From a bacterium (GTDB taxonomy: Bacteria > Hinthialibacterota > Hinthialibacteria > Hinthialibacterales > Hinthialibacteraceae): a stretch of DNA of 64,000 nucleotides. The stretch spans positions 1-64,000 of the forward strand of contig CAXXSM010000012.1 of assembly GCA_963663405.2 (NCBI GenBank), in the 5' to 3' direction. Both the position numbers and the translations under genes were made by a program. The notes below the pieces were generated by a model. That model was given only the letters and a program-made list of their open reading frames with translations. It had not been told where the DNA came from and did not search any database. This document shows, piece by piece, positions 38,511 to 45,931 of this stretch; positions within the stretch are counted from its first letter, which is position 1; each line of letters opens with the position of its first letter.

Positions 38511-39380
38511 GTGCACATAGTCATCTTTATTATCCTCTTTTTAATCTCACCAATTGCCACCGCAAAAGAACCGTTCGAACCAGAATTAATAGAAATCCCC
38601 GCTGGGCCGTTTTTGTTCGGTTCGTCCCCCAAAGAACGAAGCGAATTCCTCACCCCCTCTCACGAACCGCATCAATCCAAAGTATTCCTTAACACATACT
38701 ACATCGGAAAATTTGAAGTCACAAACGAAGAATACGCTTTCTTCATTGATGAAGGCGGGTATGAAAACAAAACATATTGGTCCGAAGACGGCTGGCGGTT
38801 TCGAAATCGTTTTTCATGGAAGGAACCCCGCTGTTGGAGGGATAAAGACTATCACCTTTTATGGAAAGAAGGACGCCCCGTCTGCGCCGTCAGCTGGTTC
38901 GAAGCGCAGGCGTACTGTCGCTGGCTCTCGCTAAAGACAAACAAACCCTACCGGCTTCCCACGGAGCAGGAATGGGAAAAAGCCGCGCGGGGCCCCAACG
39001 GCTCCATCTTCCCTTGGGGCGATGAATGGGATCAAACCGCCTGCAATTGGCTGGGCGACCCACTTGGTTACCGCGATCCCAATCTCGAAATCGATCGTAA
39101 TATACGCACGGGCCGCGTCGATTTCTATCCAAGTGGAGTCAGCTTTTACGGATGCCACAACATGGCCGGGAATGTGCTGGAATGGGTCGACGGCCCTTTT
39201 TATAAGAATGATGTGTCAAATACAACGATCCGGATCTTTCGTGGAGGTTCGTTCCTCTCCGGCTATCCCCGTTTTCTGCGCTGCGCCTGGCGAGGCGGAA
39301 CCCGCCCGGAAATCGGCTATGTCTATTGGGGAATCATCGGTTTTCGAGTGGCGATGGACGCTGGGGAAGAAGAAAGTTAA
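38511..39380 (+). CDS. FGE-sulfatase (SUMF1/EgtB-C-like) domain secreted protein
   Basis: IPAGPFLFGS, FEVTNEEY, PVCAVSWFEAQAYC, RLPTEQEWEKAARG, MAGNVLEW, RGGSF, GFRVA; lacks the catalytic Cys pair of true FGE. Confidence 0.9.
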   Translation: MHIVIFIILFLISPIATAKEPFEPELIEIPAGPFLFGSSPKERSEFLTPSHEPHQSKVFLNTYYIGKFEVTNEEYAFFIDEGGYENKTYWSEDGWRFRNRFSWKEPRCWRDKDYHLLWKEGRPVCAVSWFEAQAYCRWLSLKTNKPYRLPTEQEWEKAARGPNGSIFPWGDEWDQTACNWLGDPLGYRDPNLEIDRNIRTGRVDFYPSGVSFYGCHNMAGNVLEWVDGPFYKNDVSNTTIRIFRGGSFLSGYPRFLRCAWRGGTRPEIGYVYWGIIGFRVAMDAGEEES

Positions 39381-39388
39381 TCACAACC

Positions 39389-41116
39389 GTGGAGAAAAAT
39401 CCCTTCTACGAAAAAAACCTCTCATGCCTGCGCAAACGCGATCCACACTGCGCCGCCCGCTTGCCTTCCTCCGCTCCTATCAAAGAACTGTCAACGGAAT
39501 CCACACCATCACACAAATGGATTCAAGATAGTCTAAAAGAAAACTGCCAGCAAATTATTCTTTTAGGAACTGAATCGGGTCAAACGATCAACACGATTTT
39601 AGAGCAGTACAATCCATTAAATCTAATCGTCATTGAAAAGAGCATGAAGCGTTTCGCCGGCGCCCTTGCCGCGTCCGATCTCACGAACGCGCTAAGCGAT
39701 CCACATGTATTCTGGATCATCGGCGACTCGCTGAGTGATATTCTGCCGGGGATTGAATATGTAAAAACCTCACTCGCCGCGCATGGTTTTCAATGCGTTC
39801 ATTCTCCCAATTCTTCTCCACCCGATCGGCCCTTTTACCAAAAAGTCGCAGAAATCATCCATCGGGAAATAGAGCGTGAAGCAACCCACCTCAAAACACG
39901 GCTCGCTCGTGGAATGTTGTCTCAAAGAAATCTAATCGCAAATGTTCCTGTTAGTATACGATCCCTTTCACCCGATAACGTGGCGAATGCGTTTTTGCGC
40001 AAACCAGCGGTTGTAATCGCCGCAGGGCCATCACTCGATCAAAACATTGGCGCATTAGAGAAGGCGAATGATTCAACACTCTTAATCAGTGTCGACACAG
40101 CCACACGCGCGCTTCTGCAAGCGTGCGTTCAACCGCATGTGATCGTCACGTCGGACCCTTCCCCTGATAACGTAAAACATTTTGATGGAATCGATCTTCC
40201 ACCGGAGATTCTACTCGCCTATCTCCCCGACACCCATTACGAGATCCTACGCCGGTTCACGAACCTTCCCCGCTTGCTATGCCTATTCGACGATAGCGCC
40301 CGGTTGAACTATTGGCTGCGGGAAATTCTCGGTTTTCATCGATTACTCATCCGTCCAACCAATGTCGCGGAAGCGGCGATCCGGCTCGCTCTATTGATGG
40401 GCTGCGATCCAATCATTCTTGTTGGCTTAGACCTTGCGCTGGCGCCGGTTGGAGGAAAAACGCATACGCAGGCGGGCGCGCTTTCAAAAACGATTAAAAA
40501 TTATTCTCAAAATCAGGTCCAGATTGAAACCGAAACAGGCGCCATTATTTCGCAGAACCTTGTCCAGGTTCCCGGCTGGAACAGTGAACTATTGCCGTCA
40601 TATCCATCATTCAAACTCTATCTGGAACGCCTCGAAGAATTAATCGCGGATACCCCCATTACATGGATCGACGCGACGGAAGGCGGCGCTCGGAAACGGG
40701 GATGCGCGCAGATGACGTTAGCCGCCGCGCTGACCTCCATTCCCAATAAGAAACCGTCGATCAACGAACAGCTGCGGCGAATCCCTCCACCAGATGATTC
40801 GCATTCGAAAAAATACCTAAAAACATTCCAGCAGGCGTTGAACCGCCTTTGTAATTTACGCGATGATCTCCAATCCATCGCGCAAGGAACCATCACCGGA
40901 AACGCCGCGGAATCGATATGGAATGAGTTTCTACAAAATAAAGAAATAAGAGCCATGCTGGATCACGCTGTATTCCAGTTCCAGCTTCTTCCCCCACTTT
41001 CGAAAATTGTGGAGCAAGAACGGGCTGAGTTTCTGCGCAATCAATCCCAAAACGCCATCGAAATAATCAACCTTTTCATCCCCCTATGGGAAACCGCGCT
41101 CTCCGATTCCAAATAG
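39389..41116 (+). CDS. Maf/DUF115 family (motility-associated factor) glycosyltransferase-like protein
   Basis: FYEKNLSCL N-terminus; VVIAAGPSLDQNI, ISVDTA, PHVIVTSDP, MGCDPIILVGLDLA, IDATEGGA; likely GTG start 39389. Confidence 0.85.
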   Translation: MEKNPFYEKNLSCLRKRDPHCAARLPSSAPIKELSTESTPSHKWIQDSLKENCQQIILLGTESGQTINTILEQYNPLNLIVIEKSMKRFAGALAASDLTNALSDPHVFWIIGDSLSDILPGIEYVKTSLAAHGFQCVHSPNSSPPDRPFYQKVAEIIHREIEREATHLKTRLARGMLSQRNLIANVPVSIRSLSPDNVANAFLRKPAVVIAAGPSLDQNIGALEKANDSTLLISVDTATRALLQACVQPHVIVTSDPSPDNVKHFDGIDLPPEILLAYLPDTHYEILRRFTNLPRLLCLFDDSARLNYWLREILGFHRLLIRPTNVAEAAIRLALLMGCDPIILVGLDLALAPVGGKTHTQAGALSKTIKNYSQNQVQIETETGAIISQNLVQVPGWNSELLPSYPSFKLYLERLEELIADTPITWIDATEGGARKRGCAQMTLAAALTSIPNKKPSINEQLRRIPPPDDSHSKKYLKTFQQALNRLCNLRDDLQSIAQGTITGNAAESIWNEFLQNKEIRAMLDHAVFQFQLLPPLSKIVEQERAEFLRNQSQNAIEIINLFIPLWETALSDSK

Positions 41117-41174
41117 AAACAAGGTATAGTACTTAACTATTATTGCTAAACAAAATCGACAGATTATATTTCAT

Positions 41175-41203
41175 TTTTGCGGGCGGGACGCCCGCGCTCC
41201 ATT
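41175..41203 (-). repeat. REP-like palindrome, copy 3 (consensus)
   Basis: Reverse complement AATGGAGCGCGGGCGTCCCGCCCGCAAAA. Confidence 0.8.
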
Positions 41204-41304
41204 ATGATATTATATGAAAATGAGTATCTAAGGCTCTCTCGTTCGTATTCGCTCCCGCAACTCATTTTCATTTGCAGGTTGTGATCTCAATGATAAGGAT
41301 TAAT

Positions 41305-43467
41305 ATGAGTCACAAAATTTTTCGTGAATGGCGCGTTTGGTTTTGGTATTTGCCTCTTCTGTATGCTTTGTATTTGGAGATGAAAATCTTTAAATATGCG
41401 CAGGGATTCCCTATTGATGACGCCTATATTTATTCACGCTACATCCACAATCTCACGCAGGGATTCGGCCTCGGTTTCAATCCCGGTGAATTCAGCGCCG
41501 GGATTCCCGGTTTTCTCTACGTAATCCTCTGCGCGGGCGTTTCGATCGCGTTGCCATCATTGGATCTTTTCTTGATTCTCCAATTCATGGGGATTTTCTG
41601 GTATCTCGTTCTGATTTTCCTCACGCAGAAATTGATCCACGATCAAACGAACAATTTGATCCTGAGCTTACTCGGTGGAATTCTCCTCGCCTTATGCCGT
41701 CCTCTCTATTTCACAGCGCTCGCAGGATTGGAAACGCCCCTATTTCTCACGCTGATGGTTTTTACCTGCTGGCTGGCTCTGCGCGAACCACCAGTCAGCC
41801 CGGTCTGGTTGGGAGCCACATGCGCTCTGGTCTGTCTAACCCGTCTGGAAGGCGTTGCGATCGCCATGGGCTACTGCTTCTTCATCCTTCTAGGCGCGTT
41901 TGTTTTCAACAAACAAATGAAGGGCTCATTCGTTAAATCTTTATTTGAACTCATCTATTTTCTAAGTGGATTCATTCTCGTAACATTACCATTCGCTCTT
42001 TTTATCTATATAAAAACCGGTTTTTGGCTTCCTACCGATTATTATGGAGAACTCCTCAATCGGAATGGCTTTTCCACACTCCCCACCGCCGCTCATTTGG
42101 AAAAAGGATTCCTGGCAATCTTTAACGGATACTCGGAAATTCTTACCCTGGATTCAACATCGATCATCTATTGCGGTCTGTTCGCGTTAAGCGGTGTCTC
42201 ATTATTGATTTTTATCTATCGCTGCGGAGAAAAACCACCCAGCCTGCGTTTTTTCGCGGCCCGATCTACAATGTTTTCTCTTATACTATGGCCGTTTCTC
42301 TATGGTTTCTTTTTCAAATTCGATCCTCAATTCGGGCGCCAGTATATTCATTACTTGCAGATTGTGATCGTCATCATTCACATCGAAGCGATCGTGGGAG
42401 TCAACGGCATTCTCCGAAATGCTGTACAGTATATCCCTTACCGAAGCCTTCAATTCGTTATCGTCTGCCTCTGCGCTTATGCGCTAAGCTATTACACGTG
42501 CAAGGCGGTCATCTCCACAGCCCGGCAGTCACATAAAAAAGAATTAACTTCCATGATCGATCGATCACGGGAACACGAACAGATTTATAAACAAGCGGCA
42601 TTATGGATCCGCAGTCATACACCGCCTGGAGCCCGGATTTTAACAGGCTTGATGGGCCCCGGCGCGATTGGTTACTACTCCGGCCGGTATGTGATCGAGC
42701 AATGTGATTGGGCCGGCGCCGGAAGGTTTACCAGTAGACAATCCTTCTCCCTCGACGATCCTCAACAAAAGCGAAGTTATTGGAAACACGCGATGGAAAC
42801 CATGCGGCTCGAACGTGTCAACTACTTCGTCAGTTCCGCCTCTATGAATATCACACAGGACACCCGCTTCGCCAGAGAAATTCTGACACTTTCAGACTCG
42901 AAGCGCAAAAACGTGTATCCGGTCATCCATCAAAAAGCGTTTATCTATCATTTTGACGCGCCCGAAGAATATATTTTATGGGACGAACACCCCCAGTTCA
43001 TCGATCGCGCGAAATTTCCCATCACCGAAGGGCGGATGATCTCCACTTTCTGGCATGATATACCCATCGTGGCCGTGGATGTCCGGGAGGTGACCTCCGA
43101 ACTGCGCTATAATGTCATTCTTCCTGACCGCCCTCATCTCGTAGCAGGCGCCGCGTTGGATTTCCCTCCCCGTGACTATACAGAGGAAGAAACGGTCCAT
43201 TATACGATTCACATCGAGTTGGAAGAGAAGAAAGATATAATTTACACGAAGACTTTTCAAATGAACCAGGCGAAACCGAGAGATATCCTGACGGAATTTG
43301 ATATCGATCTAAAATCATACAGCGGCCGGCATGCGGCGCTCGTATTTTCTCTCTCCGTTCCGCCGAAAAAGTATCCCGGAAAAATCTGGGCGGGATGGGT
43401 TCATCCCCGAATCTTGAACAAAATGGAGGGCGGGCGTCCCGCCCGCCATAAATATAATAAAATATAA
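41305..43467 (+). CDS. Multi-TM GT-C-type glycosyltransferase-like protein with periplasmic C-terminal domains
   Basis: IDDAYIYSRYIHNL..G.G..FNPGE, GLETPL, LTRLEG, GAIGYYSG motifs; likely ATG 41305. Confidence 0.75.
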   Translation: MSHKIFREWRVWFWYLPLLYALYLEMKIFKYAQGFPIDDAYIYSRYIHNLTQGFGLGFNPGEFSAGIPGFLYVILCAGVSIALPSLDLFLILQFMGIFWYLVLIFLTQKLIHDQTNNLILSLLGGILLALCRPLYFTALAGLETPLFLTLMVFTCWLALREPPVSPVWLGATCALVCLTRLEGVAIAMGYCFFILLGAFVFNKQMKGSFVKSLFELIYFLSGFILVTLPFALFIYIKTGFWLPTDYYGELLNRNGFSTLPTAAHLEKGFLAIFNGYSEILTLDSTSIIYCGLFALSGVSLLIFIYRCGEKPPSLRFFAARSTMFSLILWPFLYGFFFKFDPQFGRQYIHYLQIVIVIIHIEAIVGVNGILRNAVQYIPYRSLQFVIVCLCAYALSYYTCKAVISTARQSHKKELTSMIDRSREHEQIYKQAALWIRSHTPPGARILTGLMGPGAIGYYSGRYVIEQCDWAGAGRFTSRQSFSLDDPQQKRSYWKHAMETMRLERVNYFVSSASMNITQDTRFAREILTLSDSKRKNVYPVIHQKAFIYHFDAPEEYILWDEHPQFIDRAKFPITEGRMISTFWHDIPIVAVDVREVTSELRYNVILPDRPHLVAGAALDFPPRDYTEEETVHYTIHIELEEKKDIIYTKTFQMNQAKPRDILTEFDIDLKSYSGRHAALVFSLSVPPKKYPGKIWAGWVHPRILNKMEGGRPARHKYNKI
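43422..43446 (+). repeat. REP-like palindrome, copy 4, inside CDS 3' end
   Basis: AATGGAGGGCGGGCGTCCCGCCCGC encoding MEGGRPAR. Confidence 0.75.
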
Positions 43468-43525
43468 GGTTTTTACAAATATCAATTCACAAACGAACGC
43501 GAAACATACATAACGGACAATATAT

Positions 43526-44572
43526 ATGCCGCAAGTCGAAGGAACCTTTATCGATCGTGTAAAAATCCGTCTCAAAGCGGGAGACGGCGGGGATGGTGTC
43601 ACATCCTTCCGCCACGAAAAATACGTGCCGTTTGGAGGGCCTGACGGTGGAAACGGCGGCGCGGGAGGGAATGTGATCTTCCGCGTGAATCCGGGGATGA
43701 ACACACTCGAAAAACTCCATTCCCAACCCTTCTATCGGGCGGAAAATGGAAAAAACGGCGGGAAAAACAACCGTACCGGCGCGACGGGAGACGATCTCAT
43801 TCTTGAAGTCCCGCCTGGAACCATCGTTACAAATGACGAGACCGGCGAACTCATCGCCGACATAGAAGAAACCGAAGGCGAAGCGGTCATCTGCCAGGGC
43901 GGCAAAGGCGGTAAAGGCAATACCACCTTTGCGACCTCAACGAACCAGGCGCCGCGTAAATGCACTCCCGGCGCGCCTGGTGAAGAGATCACCGCGTTTC
44001 TTGAATTGAAACTCGTCGCGGATATCGGCCTCGCGGGACTCCCCAACGCGGGAAAATCGACGCTGATCTCTTCCATCACCGGCGCCCGTCCGCGAATCGC
44101 TGACTATCCATTTACGACCCTGCAACCCATTTTAGGCACGATCAACTTAATGGACGGCTCCTCAATCGTCATCGCGGATGTGCCGGGTATCATTCAGGGC
44201 GCGCACGAAGGAATCGGGCTGGGCCTCGATTTTCTGCGGCATATCGAACGAACGAAAATGCTGGTCTTCGTCATCGAACTCTCGCCTCACGATCCCAATC
44301 TTCCCGCGCAGACCTTCAAAGACTTGCAACACGAAATCCGTCACTATGACGAATCGATCTTAAAACGGCCTTACCTTGTCGCGCTCAATAAATCCGACCT
44401 TCTCTCCGACAAGGAAGATCTTGAGCTGATCCTAAGCGCCTTCCACGAACAATGCCCCGAAGTCCCCCCGGACGTGATCCACGTCATTTCCTCCCTCCAA
44501 AAAACAGGAACGCAGACACTGCGGGAGACGATTATTTCGATGTACTCAGAAAGATTATCTGAACGGCGCTGA
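43526..44572 (+). CDS. obgE: GTPase ObgE/CgtA
   Basis: FIDRV...AGDGGDG..SFRHEKYVPFGGPDGGNGG; GLPNAGKSTL; ADYPFTTL; GLGLDFLRHIERT. Confidence 0.97.
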   Translation: MPQVEGTFIDRVKIRLKAGDGGDGVTSFRHEKYVPFGGPDGGNGGAGGNVIFRVNPGMNTLEKLHSQPFYRAENGKNGGKNNRTGATGDDLILEVPPGTIVTNDETGELIADIEETEGEAVICQGGKGGKGNTTFATSTNQAPRKCTPGAPGEEITAFLELKLVADIGLAGLPNAGKSTLISSITGARPRIADYPFTTLQPILGTINLMDGSSIVIADVPGIIQGAHEGIGLGLDFLRHIERTKMLVFVIELSPHDPNLPAQTFKDLQHEIRHYDESILKRPYLVALNKSDLLSDKEDLELILSAFHEQCPEVPPDVIHVISSLQKTGTQTLRETIISMYSERLSERR

Positions 44573-44713
44573 TTAGGAATCTGATAAACCAAGCGACGAC
44601 TCAAGTCATACCACTCCACAAATTAAAATCTCCAGTTAACATCCATAACTAGAGTACGCCCCGGAAACGGGAGATTTGATTCCCCTAACACAAAACACGC
44701 TCCAATTAAAGCC

Positions 44714-45865
44714 ATGACAAATGCGACACATTTACCTCCAATCGTTGATACGGTTTTGAAAGATTTAAAACGGGTTGTGATTAAAGTGGGCACGCGGGTA
44801 ATCGATGATGAGAAAACCCAGTTCAACCGGCCTATAATGAAATCGCTGACGCGGGAGATCGCGGAATTAAAAGCCCGTGGAGTTGAAGTCATTCTGGTCT
44901 CCTCCGGCGCTGTCGGGGCGGGTTTGCGGGGCTTGGGGATTCCGAAACGGCCCCGGTCGATCCACCTGCGTCAGGCCTGCGCGGCGGTGGGACAGGGACG
45001 GCTCATGCACGAATACCAGCGGCTCTTCCACGCGCATGGGATCACAACAGCGCAGGTTCTATTAACGCGGTCGGACCTTGACCGCCGCACATCGTATCTC
45101 AACGTCCGTGAGACTCTTCTCCACCTTTTGACCCTCGGTGTCCTACCCATTATCAATGAAAACGACACTGTCTCCGCCGATGAATTGAATTTCGGGGATA
45201 ATGATTTTCTGGCCGCCCTGGTCGCAGGTAAGATGGACGCCGGATTGCTCGTTCTCCTCACCCGCGTCGATGGCGTTCTGCGTTCGGTGGATGGAAATCA
45301 ATCCGAAGGGGAATTGATCGAAGTAATCGAGGATAACTACAAAGAAGCGCTGGGGGTGGTTCGAGATAAATCTGATCCACTTTCTATGGGGGGAATGCGT
45401 TCCAAGCTGGAAGCGGCGGGGAAAGCTCGTTCAAAGGGGATTCTTGTGGCGATCGCCAACGGTCTTCGGCCGGGTATCCTCGGCGCTATCCTATCAGGCC
45501 GCGCCAAAGCGACATGGATGCTCCCTACGCGCAAACGGCTGGACGCATGGAAATACTACCTGGCTTTTGCGAAACAACCCTCCAGCGCCAAAATCATCGT
45601 CGATGAAGGCGCGGTGGAGGCGGTCCGGGACCGGGGAAAAAGCCTTCTCGCTTCCGGAGTGAACGCAATCACTGGATCATTCAAAGTAAAAGATCTCGTG
45701 CAGGTATTCGATCCCGAAGGAAACGAAGTGGCGCGGGGATTGGTCAATTACACATCCAGGGAACTCAGAAAAATCCAAGGCCGATCAACCAAAGAAATCC
45801 GCGAAATCCTTAACCGGCAGGACGCGCAGGAAGTCATTCACCGCAATAATCTCGTCCTTTTCTAA
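44714..45865 (+). CDS. proB: Glutamate 5-kinase with PUA domain
   Basis: VVIKVGT, VSSGAV, AAVGQ, PIINENDTV, FGDNDFLAA, GGMRSKLEAA, SLLASGV, VIHRNNLV. Confidence 0.97.
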   Translation: MTNATHLPPIVDTVLKDLKRVVIKVGTRVIDDEKTQFNRPIMKSLTREIAELKARGVEVILVSSGAVGAGLRGLGIPKRPRSIHLRQACAAVGQGRLMHEYQRLFHAHGITTAQVLLTRSDLDRRTSYLNVRETLLHLLTLGVLPIINENDTVSADELNFGDNDFLAALVAGKMDAGLLVLLTRVDGVLRSVDGNQSEGELIEVIEDNYKEALGVVRDKSDPLSMGGMRSKLEAAGKARSKGILVAIANGLRPGILGAILSGRAKATWMLPTRKRLDAWKYYLAFAKQPSSAKIIVDEGAVEAVRDRGKSLLASGVNAITGSFKVKDLVQVFDPEGNEVARGLVNYTSRELRKIQGRSTKEIREILNRQDAQEVIHRNNLVLF

Positions 45866-45867
45866 AT

Positions 45868-45906
45868 TACAACATCAGGCGGCCGTTGTGACCGCCTGAT
45901 GTTGTA
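45868..45906. terminator. Hairpin between convergent proB and rpsA (probable bidirectional terminator)
   Basis: 15-bp perfect stem TACAACATCAGGCGG/CCGCCTGATGTTGTA. Confidence 0.75.
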
Positions 45907-45931
45907 TCAAATACTATTGCAACCAAACCGG

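Noticed and set aside
39230-39380. FGE-domain C-terminus as a diversity-generating retroelement variable region
   Set aside because: No template repeat or reverse transcriptase seen in the window; several candidate codons (TGG, GGA) cannot derive from AAY by adenine mutagenesis
43526-45865. obgE-proB adjacency
   Set aside because: Widely conserved gene order, not novel
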